From Callorhinchus milii (Eukaryota), in NCBI RefSeq assembly GCF_018977255.1, contig NW_024704742.1, forward strand, positions 87,546,001 through 87,610,000: DNA of 64,000 nt, given 5' to 3'. This document shows, piece by piece, positions 24,470 to 37,619 of the stretch; the stretch's first letter is position 1, and every line of letters starts with the position of its first letter. The notes under the pieces are model-generated. The model was not told the DNA's origin and did not search any database. It was given only the letters and a program-made list of their open reading frames with translations. A program made the translations under genes and the position numbers.

Positions 24470-27400
24470 GGTCTTGGTGCATTGTAACAGGCTTTGTGTT
24501 TTTCATTACGTTTCTGGACAATTGGGACCACTACTGGGGGAGGTGGGATCTTTATCTTGAGGATGGGCGGCACTTAAGCAAGGCAGGGGTGGTCTTCCTT
24601 GCCAAGAGAGTATCAAATGCTGTAGGGGCGGATTTAAACCAGTGTCGAGGGGGGGTGGGTATCCAAGGATAAACAATGGATTAGAGATTAGAGGAAAAAG
24701 ACAAGTGGGAAGTTTAGAGCAGGTACAAGCGGACAATTTCCTCAAATGCATGTACCTAAATGCACGTAGCTTAGGGAATAAGGTTGATGAGCTGCAGGTT
24801 CAACTGGCCATAGGGGGTTACGATGTGGTGGCAGTAACCGAGACATGGCTCAAGCCAGGACAGGAATGGGAGTTAAATATTCCAGGATATAATGTGTTCA
24901 GGAAGGATAGAGAAGGAAGAAAATGAGGAGGGGTGGCAATATTAGTTAAAGATACAATTATAGCTTTAGAAAGGATGAGGCTCTGGAGGGCCCGACAACA
25001 GAATTCATCTGGTTAGAGATAAGAAATAAGAAAGGAGTGGTTACACTGATAGGGGTTTACTATAGACCACCAGACAGCGGGAAGGAGATAGAGGAGCAGA
25101 TCTGCAACCAGATCGTGGATAGATGTAAGGCGAACAGAGTTGTGATAATGGGGGATTTCAATTATCCCAATATAGACTGGCAAAATAGCAGCGCTAAGGG
25201 CAAGGCAGGAGAAAGATTCATAGACTGTGTACAGGAAAATTTTCTTGAGCAGTATGTCTCCAGTCCTACGAGGAAGGAAGCATTGCTGGATCTAGTCCTG
25301 GGGAATGAAATAGGTCAGGTTGAACAAGTTTCGGTAGGGGAGCATCTAGGTAACAGTGACCATAATATTATTAGATTTAGATTACTCATGAACAGGGACA
25401 AAGTACAGTCAAGGGTGAAAATGCTTAACTGGAAAATGGCTAATTTTGATGGGATAAAAAGGGACCTAGAGTTGGTGGACTGGCAAGTAAGACTAGCAGG
25501 TAAAACGACTCATGAGCAATCCTCAAAGACATGATAGCTCATGGTCTAAATAGATATATTCCCACAAAAGGGAAATGTGTGACAACCAAGTCAGCCTGGA
25601 TGACCAGGGATATTCTGTCTAGGATGAAAAAGAAGAAGACGGAGTACGACAATTGGAAGACGCAAGATACTGAGGATAGCAAAGCGCATTATAGAGAATG
25701 CAGGAGTGATCTTAAAAGAGTGATAAGACAGGCTAAAAGATCACATGAGAAGAGGTTAGCGGGTAACATAAGGGGAATCCTAAAATATTTTACAAGCACA
25801 TAAAGGAAAAAAGGTTAGTTAAAGGTAGGGTGGGGCCAATCAAAGACAATGACGGCAATCTTGTTGTGGAGGCAGAGGGCATGGCTGATGTACTGAACGA
25901 GTACTTTGCATCTATCTTCACAACGGAAATGGATGCCCCAAATGCCGAAGTATTGGATGAGACGGTAGCGGAAACAGATCAGATTACTATAGACAGAGAG
26001 GAAGTTCTGAAAAGATTGACTGGGCTCAAAATTGATAAGTCACCAAGACCAGATGAGTTTCACCCAAGGTTGCTGTGGGAGATACGGGTTCAAATAGCGG
26101 AGGCTTTGGCCATTATATTTCAATCTTCATTGGACACAGGAGTGGTGCCAAGAGACTGGAGAGTGGCTAATGTTACCCCCCTCTACAAAAAGGGGCCGAA
26201 AGACAAACCTGGAAATTACAGGCCAGTCAGCCTAACTTCGGTAATAGGAAAACTACTGGAGACCATAATCCAGGACAGAATAAATCTCTACTTAGAGGAA
26301 CATGAGGTTATTAGAGATAGCCAACATGGATTTGTTAAAGGCAAATCTTGCCTAACAAATCTAATAGAATTTTTTGAAGAGGTGACTGCGAGGGTTGATG
26401 AGGGAAAGGCTTTTGACACAGTACCGCATAAGAGATAGATAAGAGACAGATACCGCATAACTGGCTGAGTGATAGAAAGCAGAGGGTGGTGGTTAATGGG
26501 TGTTTCTCGAAATGGAAGGAGGTGTGCAGCAGTGTCCCCCAGGGATCGGTATTGGGACCACTGCTCTTTCTAATATAAATGATCTGGACTTAATAATCTT
26601 TGCATTTGATATAGCGCTTTTCATGTCAGGAGGACATCCCAAAGCGCTTCACTGAACACACTGTAAAGTGAATTGACTGTATATTTGTGGGCGAACGCGG
26701 CAGCCAATTGCACACAGCAATGTCCCACAAACAGTCCTAGATTGAAAATGACCAATTTATTATTGTTTTAGGTTTTTGGAGGGATTATTATTAGGCGTGT
26801 GGAGTAAGGAAACTTGCCCAAGGTTTATGCCCTGCCTGGAATTGAACTCAGGTCTCTCGCTTGCAAAGAGAGTGCTCTAACCACTGAGCTACAGGACTCC
26901 ACACAGGACTTGGGCATAGAGAGCACTATTTCCAAGTTTGCAGATGATACAAAGTTAGGTAGGGTAGTAAATAGTGAGGAGGACTGTAACCCACTGCAAG
27001 CAGACATACACAGAATAGTGGAATGGGCTGACATGTGGCAGATGGATTTCAATGTGGGTAAGTGTGAGATGATACACTTAGGTAAGAAAAATGATAGGAA
27101 GCAATATAGACTTGGTAGCTCAATCTTAAGGGGGGGTACAGAGGGATCTGGGTATTCAAGTAAGCAAATCATTAAAGGTAGTGGGGCAGGTAGATAAGGC
27201 AGTAAAAAAGGTATTTGGTGTACTGAGCTTTATTAGTAGGGGCATAGAGTATAAGAGTAGGGAGGTTATGGTTAATCTATACAAAACACTGGTTAGACCT
27301 CAGCTGGAGTCCTGCGTCCAGTTCTGGGCAACTTACTTCAGGAAGGACATCAAGGCACTGGAAAGGGTGCAGAGGAGATTCACGAGAATGATACCAGGAA

Positions 27401-27860
27401 TGGGGAACCTTAGCTATGAGGACAGGCTGGAGAAGTTAGGACTTTTCCCATTAGAGCAGAGAAGGGTACGCGGGGACCTGATAGAGGTCTTCAAGATCAT
27501 GAAAGGTTTCGACAGGCTAGATAAGGAAAAGCTGTTTCCGCTGGTAGGTGTATCTGTGACCTGTGGTCACAGTCTTAAGATATCTACCAAAAGAAGCAGA
27601 GGGGAGGTTAGAAGAAATTTTTTCACTCAGCGAGTTGTTCGAATTTGGAATGATCTGCCTGAAAGGGTAGTGAAGTCCGATTCGATAAAAGCTTTTAAGA
27701 GAGAACTGGATAGGTATCTGGGGAAGACGGGTTTGCAGGGTTATGGGGAGAAAGCTGGTGATTGGGGTTAGTGAAAGTGACTTGCTCTGTCAAAGAGCCG
27801 GTACAGACTCGATGAGCCGAATGGCCTCTTCTGTGCCGTAACATTCTATGAATCTATGAA
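24470..27860 (+). mobile_element. Decayed CR1-clade LINE (ORF1 C-terminus, APE endonuclease, RT, 3' tail) in the last KANK1 intron
   Basis: Esterase-like ORF1 end (DNWDHYWGRWDLYLEDGRHL); endonuclease motifs YLNARSL, VTETWL, GVYYRPP, MGDFNYP, SDHN; RT motifs NYRPVSLTS, QHGF, KFADDTK; tail attctatgaatctatg. Several stops and frameshifts. Confidence 0.92.
26592..26905 (-). mobile_element. Same SINE, short subfamily, inserted in the CR1 RT
   Basis: Nearly identical to 6512-6842; flanked by GGACTT at 26586 and 26906. Confidence 0.9.
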
Positions 27861-28169
27861 TCACGAAGTGGATGGATCTGGTTTAAATAAACACTGTGGG
27901 GTGGAGGGTGCGATTGGAGAGAGAGATTAAAATCAACAGAAGCAAAGATGTGTACACAAATATGCATGTACACACACAGGCAAAGGCAGTCAGGATAAGA
28001 GAGAGCACCAATCACATGTGGAGCAAAGCAGAGAGAGAGCACTGACCATGTACTATAGTGACCGTACAGCTGCTGATAGATGAAGCTTCTGGTTGGTACT
28101 GAACATTATATTTTGTGTGATGACCCTCTGTCCTCACTGATTTCATATCCAAGAGATCAGTCTCAAACA

Positions 28170-28515
28170 GAGTCCTGCAGCTCAGTAGTTAGAGAACTCG
28201 CCTCGCAAGCAAGAGACCTGGGTTTGATTCCTGGCTGGGCAAAACCTTAGACAAGTTTCCTTACTCCACATGCCTCTGTTTTCCCTAGTAGGAACTCGGT
28301 TGTTAGTCAATTGGCAGATCACTTTTCCGGGGGTAATAATGCCTTACAAAAAAATACTAAATTGGTCACTCAATCCACCACTGTTTGTGGGACACTGCTG
28401 CCGCTTTCACCCACAAAATATACAGTCAACTCATTTTGCAGCATATTTTGTGAAGTGCTTTGAGACGTCTCGAAGACATGATAAGGCTCTATATCAAATG
28501 AAAGAATTATTATTA
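28170..28515 (+). mobile_element. Same SINE, long subfamily
   Basis: gagtcctgcagctcagtagttagag head through tail. Confidence 0.8.
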
Positions 28516-29323
28516 TTTTATATCATGCTCTAAGGCCATAATAGACTGTGCAGCGAAGCGCCAACATACTTGCACCAAGTACAGCCTCAGCTGTGTCTTT
28601 TTGCCCCCTGCCTCACCCTCTCCTTTGCCTCCTTCAAGGCGCATCTCAAGACCTTGCTTTTTGACCATACCTTTGGTCATCTTCTCTCCTCCACTCCTCT
28701 GTGACCCCCAATCCCTAGCTCGGGTGCAAACCTCTCATTGTCTAGCGCCTTGCGATGTCCATCTGACATGAAAGGTGCTGTATTAATGTCATTATTATTG
28801 TTGTTTTCCCCATGGTAACGTGTTTAAGACAGATGACTCATGAAATGAGTATTTCTAAAGATGTTAGCCATGCTCAAAATCACTGTGTTAGAGTTTTACT
28901 GCACAGTCATCTGCAAGTAAAGTGCACTTGTCAAGTCTGCAGTGTGTTGCACATCCATTTTTGAAAAATATACTCTGTCCTTTACTTGGGAAACTATTTT
29001 ACTGTGAAGTAATTTGGAATGTAAATACAGTGTTTATTTCCCTAAGCGGTCAATATGGACGTGTAAGTATGTTGAGATATTTTCAAATTGATCCAGAATG
29101 TTGAGCAGAAGAGATGTCGAGTCAATTTTTGTGCACAAACATTTTTAATCTCTTAACTTTTGCGTTTTCCTTCTCAAAAGGAAAATCAGTTTTTGATTCC
29201 TCCCACTCCGAGCCAATAAGAAGTTTTTTTTTATTAACTGCATAAATTGCAGAGTTCAGTATTTTATTGTGACAGGTGAATGTAGTCTTTCAGTTTGGTA
29301 AATCGACCTCTTGTTCTTTTCAG

Positions 29324-29386
29324 GGTACCCCCAGATTAGGAAGAAAGACGTCTCCAAGTCCAACCCGACGAAGCAAGTTTGAGTGA
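29324..29386 (+). CDS. KANK1: KANK1 terminal coding exon with stop
   Basis: ttgttcttttcag|ggtacc; GTPRLGRKTSPSPTRRSKFE* resembles the KANK1 C-terminus (GTPRLGRKTSP); TGA at 29384-29386. Confidence 0.93.
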   Translation, partial: GTPRLGRKTSPSPTRRSKFE

Positions 29387-30310
29387 TTTCTATCCGCTGT
29401 TGCCCCCAACCCTGAACCAAGCTGCTATATATTCCTGTTAACGTGGACAGATACTGAATGTAAATGTGTGCCTGAGCTCACCAGCAAACTTTTTAGCAAT
29501 AGTGAAAAAGGTAGCTCTGCCAATCTGCTGAACAGCAACTAAACTGGAAGGCATTATGATGGCTGGCATTGTGTAGACTTTGTAATGCACTCATCAAAAC
29601 TACTGCCTCAACCTGTGATGCTGCAACCAGCTTTCCTAAAGTTTTTTTTATATATGTAATATATATAATAAAAAGCTGCCCTATCTCTCTGCATGCATTA
29701 ATTAGTGTTTGTAATCTATTTTGTCTATCTATCGATCTTTTAATTGTAAGAAATGTCATGTTCTTAATGGCATATTTTAGGACACATATTTATAATATTT
29801 TGGCGGAGCTATTCGACTTAAATTAGCTGCATTGAAAATGAAATGCTATACATGTTCAGTTGAAATAAGGGAGGGCTTGTGTTTTAGAGGCTTCCCTGCA
29901 GAAAGATATCTCTAAATAGTTGTTACTTACTTTTATATGTCAAAATGAAATAATTTGTATCTATTAAAAATTGAGTCGCACAGAATTTTCAAACTATTTT
30001 ATACAGACCCTAATAAATAAATTTACATGAAGAATTACTTAATTTGCTATTAAATATATTGATTCCTTTAGACATTGTACACGTCATTGTATCTTAATTT
30101 GGTTTTAGAGTGACATTTGAGGTACTTTTTGTATATCCACTTCTGTCCTTCAGTTTAAAAAAACATGTACACTTTATTCGTGCATATTTATAAAGACGGC
30201 AATCTATTCGCATATAAATTTTGTCACGTGTGTATTTAAATGTTTGAAGTGCCTTAGACCCTTGCCATATTTTCAGAATAAAAGCTGCATTATGCTAATT
30301 CACTATTCAC
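29387..30310 (+). other. KANK1: KANK1 3' UTR with candidate polyadenylation signals
   Basis: AU-rich, free of obvious repeats; AATAAA at 29667, 30012 and 30277. The true 3' end cannot be fixed from sequence alone. Confidence 0.6.
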
Positions 30311-31309
30311 TCCTTTTGTTGTGCCATTATAAAAAAGTTTATATTGTTCAAACCAGTTCAGAACTTGTTAGCTTACAAATTACACAGTCACTACACTTTA
30401 CAGTATATCCTGTTCCCCTGACATGAAAGATGCTGTATCAAATGTAAGGATTATTTTAGAACTCTTCTTCCCTCCCCTCCCCTTATTTTATTTTTCCCAG
30501 GCTATAGAATGCCTATTTTATGGTAAATTATGTGAGCGAGTGAGAATCAGATGAGAAAACATCAAAAACACCAAATCGTGTGTCAGCCTGGCTCAGTGGC
30601 ACTCTCGACTCAGAGGCAGAAGATGGTGGGGTGAAGCGCCATGCGAAACTTTGAATCACATAATCTAAACTGTCCTTCGGATGAGACGATATACTGGGTC
30701 TGTCTGTTCAGGTGGACGTTAAAATTCCCATGGCACTATTCGAAAAGAAGGGAGTTTCTCTTGGTGTTCTGGCAAACAATCCCCCAGAAAAATAGGTCAC
30801 TCACTCTATGGTTGTTCCTGGGACACTGCTGTGTGCAAATTGGCTGCTATGTTTCGCCCACAAAATAGTCAAACTACAGTATATTTCTGGTAAGTGCTTT
30901 GAGATGTCTCAATGACGTGAAACTCTATGTCAAATCCAAGGATTATTATCAGCATAATCCAATGATGCCATGTTAGCTGCTTTTGTGTTTCAGACGCTTG
31001 TCAGACAGGGAAGCTGACAAAATTAACCTGGTATCTTCACTGTGACTGGAATCTCATTACCACCCAAGCAAGGGCTGGGATTAGGTACAAAATGAGATTA
31101 AAAATTGAAGAAAACCTCATGGAAAATGGGTCAAAGGTTGTAGATAAGGTAAGAGGATGTTAGGGAGTTAAGGGAATAGATCGGTGAGGGGTCGGCAGCT
31201 AAATGGATTGCTCTTTTAAAGAACCAGCAGAGAGATACAATGGGCATAATGACCTGCCTGACATTTCTATGACATTTCTATTTCTAAGGCAAGAAGCTGA
31301 TGCTTTGAA

Positions 31310-31600
31310 CAAAAGGCAAAGTACTGCAGATGCTGGAAATCAGGTATAAATACAGAAGTCGCTGGTCAGGCAGCATCCATGGAGAGAGGAAAATGAGTTA
31401 ACATTCCAGGTCAATGACTTTTTATCAGACCTGGGGATATTGGAAGGGAGCAGATTATAAGGACAACCAGAGAAGGGGGCAAGGAAAGAAAAGACAAAGG
31501 AAACATTTTTTGATGGAGGACAGAAGACGATGAGATCAGAAATGTTGATGGTGCAAGACAAAAGGTAATATTAGGAGATTATAGAACAAACAGATGTTTC
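31310..31600. mobile_element. Penelope-like terminal repeat remnant
   Basis: gcaaagtactgcagatgctggaaatc...caggcagcatccatggagagag..gagttaac; homologous pieces at 33465-33570, 40848-40937 (opposite orientation) and 41565-41680. Family assignment is by recognition only. Confidence 0.45.
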
Positions 31601-34600
31601 TAAATGGTGCTTTGGCCCAATTTCAACCCTCCCACCAGAAGGAGGTGCAGAGTGGAGGCAGGCAATTGGTAAAGTAAATTACTGTATTCAACAGCAGTGA
31701 GTGTGTGTTTCTCATTACAATCTGGCTCAATTTGTAGCACTCTTGAATCTGAGTCAGAAAGTCCCATTTTAAGACTTGGAACTTATGGTCTGGCTGACAC
31801 TCTAATGCAGTGCTGGGAAAGTGCTGCGTTGTTGGAGGTGCCGTCCTTTGGATTGTTAAAGATTCCATGGCACTATTCTCCCAGTGTCTGGTCAACAAAC
31901 CCCCAAATTAAATTGGTCATTCACATCATGGCTGTTGCTGAGTGCAAATTGGCTGTGGCATTCATCTGCAAAATATACAGTCACTGCACTTTACAGTAAA
32001 CTCTGAAGTTCTTTAAGACGCCTTTTGCAACTTAATAAGGTGCTATATTCAAAAGCAAGGACTGGTACAGCAGCTAGGTTGAGAGCAGCTATGGTTAATT
32101 CCTGCAAGTGTTCTGCTTGTCCACCCTCACGCTGCTTTTAAGGATTTAAAAATAGGAACATTTTTTACATTCAATTGTTCTCCCATGTTTTGATTTTCTG
32201 GTACTTTTTTTTCTTACAGAAGCAAAGGCTTTGGTTATTTTGAATAGTCCAGTTAATGTCTTTGCTGTAGTGTTCACTGCAGCATAACAGGAAAAGGGAT
32301 TTATTTCCTTCCTTCAGGTTGCAAGGGAAATTGATCATTACAGTAATTGACTGGTGGAAAAAAACTTATATAAACAGATAACAGTGTGAGAAAGTGACAT
32401 GGAATCTTAGCTCTAAGGTTACTTAAAGGGATAAACATCCCTGAATTTCCCAGTTCTATGTCTTTCATACTGTGGGAGGAACATAGTCTGTTTTTAAAGC
32501 ATGATTGCTAGAGCTAAGGATGAGCCAATTTCTGTTCTGAGACTTTTAAAAGTATTTATTTCAGGTAAAAGTGTATTTGTTGGTATGTACAGTACTTCTC
32601 ATCTTAATGTTAAAGTATTCTTGTTCTTTGAATGTCTGGTTCAGTTGGTAACACTCTCATCACTGAGTCAGAAGATGGTGGATTCAAGCCCCATGTTTGA
32701 ACTCGCATAGTCGAGGTTCACACTCCAGTCCAGTGCTGGGGGAGTTCTGAATGGTTAGAGATGTCAATCTTTGAATGAGACATTAAACTGAGATCCTATC
32801 TGCCTTTTCAAATGGACATTATAGATCCCATTGCACCACTCAAAAAGAGAAGCGAGTTTCTCACGGTGTCCTGGCCAACAATCCCCCAGAAACAATTGGT
32901 CTTTCACTTCATAATAAATAATAATAATCCTTGCATTTGGTATAACGCTTTTCACATCTTCTCGACGTCTCAAAATGCTTCACAGACTGTAAAGTGAACT
33001 GACTGTATATTTGTGGGCGAAAGCTTTTTGTGGGACATTGCTGTGAGCAAATGGCTGACTCATTCACTTACAAATACCCAATCACTTCACTTTACAGTAT
33101 ATCGTGTGAAGCGCTTTAAGACGTTCTCCCAATGTGAAATGTGCTCTATGAAATTGTAAGGATTATTATTTGTTAGTAAATATCTTGATGTGAATTGTGC
33201 AAGCCAGCAGTAGGAACTGACAAGATTAAATTCAAAATACAAAATAAGACCAAAAATGCTGGACATACACATGAGATCAATCATTGGACCTCCAAAATAA
33301 TACCTATTTGACAGCTTTTGGATCCTTTATCTCTCTCTACCTCCTTCTGCTTCTGCTCCCTTCCCCACTCCCTTTACTCAGGCTCTCAGTCAATTGCGTG
33401 CTTTGAGGCATCCTCCTAATGTGAAAGGCACTGCATAAATGTAAATTATTGTTCTTGAACCATATCCTGAAACATTAACAATATTTCTCCTTCAGATGCA
33501 GGTTGACCTGAGGTGCCTTTCAGTTTATATATATATATATATGTATATTCAGCATTCACTGTTTTCCTTTTTATCAGTCCTCTTTTAAAGTTCAGACTTC
33601 TGACTCATGTGTTTTTAAAACACAGGTTGTCCTGAGGTCTTAACATACCAATCTTTGAAAGGCACAATTACATGGAGATCTTTAACAGCCTTAATTTCAC
33701 ACACTCTCTTCACTTTACACGGCTGTGGACTCTTATGACTCAGAAATATTGTGACCTTTTCCTGGATAATGTACCTCCATCACAGTCTGAGCACTGCATT
33801 GTGTTTTAAAGGCCACCTTAGTGAATGCTGCAGAACAGTTGTACACCTCTGACTCTTAATCTTATAAACTCCTTGAGTATTTAATTATGCAGTTGTATGC
33901 TATTAAGTGAATAACAAGTGTTTGATGGGGGTATGTTACTTAACGTGAAAGGTGCTATACAAATGTAATTGTGTTGTTGTAACAGGGCTTATTGTACAAT
34001 GATCAGTAGTGGGAGCACAGACTAACATTGTGTCCCGGTCATTGTACTGGGACTATTGAGGCCAATTGTGTTTGAGGCAGACAGGATAACAGTTTAACAT
34101 CTCATCCAAAGACTGGCATCTCTGAGTACTGAATTGGAGTATGAACCTAGACCGTGCAAATTCAAATGTGGGGCTTCAACCCATAATCTTCTAAGTTACT
34201 GAATTTAGCTGAGCACAGACAGGGGACAGTGCCAGATGGCGACATTCCTAGTCTGTGTTCCTTTTTCCTGCAGAATCGTCACACTCTCTTATCACCTCTT
34301 GCCTGCCAGAACTCAGCCAGTGCCTGTGTCAATCACAGGGAGGTATTGCACGCACAGTGTTAAGGTTATTCTTTCACTAATTGTACATCATTTCCTGTGG
34401 GGATTGATTTGGTCAGCCAGGTGACTGACACTTGTGGTAATCAATCTCCAAGCTTAAGAGTATTCTAACCTGACTGAAAAATCCACATATGTCTGCTATC
34501 TGCCACCTACAGATTGGAGATTTCCTCATGTCTGCAATGGAATGCGCACTCTCTCCCTGGAGGGATACCCCTTGCTTACCTAATTCTGAAGAATATTAAG

Positions 34601-35053
34601 CATAGGTTGGCAAGAGCCGAGGCTTGGGGACCCCAGAGTATAGGATGCGGTACTACTGGAATTTAACCAGGGAAAAAACAAATAGCTTGCCATCTTCTGT
34701 TTATCCTCCACCTTCAGTTTCTCTTGCTCAGAAACAATAGTGCTGTTTTCCATAACCCCATGCCACAACAAAATGCAAATGTGTCCCTCTACTGGTGTAA
34801 TAAAGTCACTGTTACAAGATTCATTTTTGTACCACAGTATCTGTACTTCAGTCAAAATATGTCACCAGTTTCCATTCATAAACAAACTGCTGAAAAAAAC
34901 ATCAACAACAACAAGATTTCATTTATAGAGTGCCTTTCACGTCAGGAGGACGTCCCATTCGGAAGTCTAATTTGAAAAATTCTCCGGTCGAAAGAAAAAT
35001 AAAATTAATGAAACTTAATCTTCCATCTTCTCAACTCCTAGAATCGGCTGATC

Positions 35054-35426
35054 GTGAAGTCCTGTAGCTCAGTGGTTAGAGCACTGCCTCGCAAGCGAGA
35101 GGACTTGGGTTCGATTCCCGGGCAGGGCGAAATGTTGGGCAAGTTTCCTTACTCCACTTGTCTCTGTTTACCTTACAGTAAGTAGGAACCTGGTTGTCAG
35201 TCGATTGGCAGATCGCTTTTCCAGGGGTAATAATTCCTTCAAAACAAAAATAAAAATAATTTGGTCACTCAATTCATGACTGTTTGTGGATACTGCAATA
35301 TGCAATTGTCTGTCGAGTTACGCCCACAAAATATACAGTCAATTCACTTTACAGTATATTCTGTGAATCACTTTGAGACATCTCAAAGACATAAGACTCT
35401 ACATCAAATGCAAGGATTATTATTAT
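35054..35426 (+). mobile_element. Same SINE, long subfamily, full length
   Basis: A box tagctcagtgg, B box gttcgattcc, core and tail. Confidence 0.85.
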
Positions 35427-36164
35427 ATTAATTATATTCTGACCAGTGTGACTTTTGGTTCAATAGCTCTTCTATATGAAACCCTAACTCTGATTTGGGT
35501 GGCTTCAAGTGGCTTGCCTTGTATTAAATGAAGTTGTGCTGAAGGTGCTTTAGACAACGTTTGTGTTTCGATATATTATTTATTCCTTTGGCTCAGTTGG
35601 TACTTTCATCTTTGGGTCCGGAAATTGTGGGTTCAAACCCTATTTTAAAAAAGCACATGAGCTCATATTCTCGGATAACATTCCACTTGCAGGCCTGTGG
35701 GAGCACCTCAGATTGTTTGGAGGAGCTGTTCAGATGGGATGTTAAACCAAGGTCCCATCAGGAGATTAAAGATCTCATGGCACTGTTTGAAAGTTTTGCC
35801 TAGTATCCTGGCTATCAATCATCCAGAACTCCACAGCCTGCATTCTCTTCTGCCCAAGACTCTACAAACCCATCCTCCCCAGGCTTCATTGGTTCTCTAT
35901 CTACCAGCAGACCAACTGAGATTTCAGCCACTTTGCCCCTCATTCTCTGGACCTCTCTTCCTAAATCCCTCCACATCATCCCTCTCTTTGCTTTCAAAAC
36001 CTTCTGAAAAACTCTTCCTTTGACTGTGACTTGAACGACCCCTCCCCTACCTATCTCCCACTCAACTCAAGTTCTTACTTTATCTCTGGAAAGTGCTTTG
36101 AGACATTCTTCCACTTGAAAGGTAATAATAATAATCCTTGCATTTGATATAGCACCTTATTATG

Positions 36165-36530
36165 TTAATAATAATTCTGTTTGATATAGTGCCTTATCAT
36201 GTCTTCGAGATGTCTCAAAGCGCTTCACAGGATACATTATAAAGTGAATTGACTGTATATTTTGTGGGCGAAGCGCAGCAGCCAATTGTGCACAGGATTT
36301 TCCCACAAACAATCATGGATTGAGTGACCAAATTATTCTTTTTTTTGAGAAATTATTAACCTCGGAAATCGATCCTCCAATCCACTAACAAGCGGGTTCC
36401 TACTTACTGCTAGGCAAACAGAGGTTTGTGGAGTAAGGAAGCTTGCCCAATGTTTTGCCCTGTCTGGGAATTGAACCCAGGTTCTCTCGCTTGCGAGGTG
36501 AGCACTCTAACCACTACAGTACAGGACTCC
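36165..36530 (-). mobile_element. Same SINE, long subfamily, full length
   Basis: Reverse-complement homolog of 35054-35426. Confidence 0.8.
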
Positions 36531-37354
36531 TCTTGCAGGAACCTTGCCTGTGGAGCCCCCCCATCACTGCTCACTGAATGCCTACCCTCACTCAGCCTGG
36601 CTCAGCCACAGCTGATGTTCTCCTCAGTGGAAGCCTCCAGGGTTTCAGTGACCAGTCCGGTGTCATTGTTGATAAGTTTCAAATTGCTTCTCAGGATTTA
36701 CTGTAAAGTGAATCGACTGTTTTTGTGGGTGAAACGCGGAAGCCAGTTTTGCATACAGTAATGTCCCACCAATAGCCATGGAGTGAGTGACCAATTTTAT
36801 TTGAGGAATAGTTGGTTAGGACACTGGGAGAAACTCCCTTCTCTTTTCAAATAGTGCCATGAGATCTTTACCATTCACCCAAACAGGCAGTTGGGACCTC
36901 AGTTTAATATCTCATCAGAAGGACAGCTACATTCATGTGCATTTTGTTGTATATAATGGAAGTTGTTGAAGACTTTAATTTCTTGTGAATAGATCCAACG
37001 TGCTGAAGTTCAGCCTGAGTAGAAGAATGTATTGCAAAAGAGCACTTAAAATGTTTGGTTACTTAGATTTCAGAGCTCTGTTCATTGATTAAAAATGTTT
37101 AGATTGTTTCATTATATTCCTTTCTGTGCAGTTTCAAAACATCCTCGTTTTTAAGATGTTTACTTACTGTACTTGTTTTCGGTTGTGTACTGTGCCCATC
37201 AGACTTTAATAGTATCTGAAAAGTATTGCAAATTTGGTCAGTCACAAAATCCACCTGAGGAACACAAAACATCACACAGACAAAGGCAAGTCACCTTGTG
37301 TAAGTGCATTTGTATACAGAACTCTGTTTGATTTGGATACTCATAAACATGGCA

Positions 37355-37510
37355 ATGGGGAGCGGCGGCAGGACAGCGCGGGGAGGAGCCTGGGCCTACC
37401 TACCCAGGTATTTAAGCATGAGGCGGCAGGGAGTGCAGCCACATGGGGAGCGGCGGCAGGACAGCGCGGGGAGGTGCCTGGGCCTACCCACGAGGCGGCA
37501 GGGAGTGCAG
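37355..37510 (+). repeat. GC-rich two-copy tandem repeat (period 88 bp)
   Basis: atggggagcggcggcaggacagcgcggggagg..cctgggcctacc..gaggcggcagggagtgcagc at 37355 and 37443. Confidence 0.85.
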
Positions 37511-37619
37511 CTAGCGGGGCTGAAGATGGAACAAGTGGGGGCGGAGCGGGGGAACCGCTGACATCATAGTTTAGTTTTCAGGAGTGTGTGCGCGCAACAG
37601 CGAAAAAAAACCGCTGCGC

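Noticed and set aside
35057..35130. tRNA-like sequence (also near 6765-6838, 26820-26900, 41438-41508, 56850-56920)
   Set aside because: These are SINE heads continuous with the SINE body and tail, not stand-alone tRNA genes.
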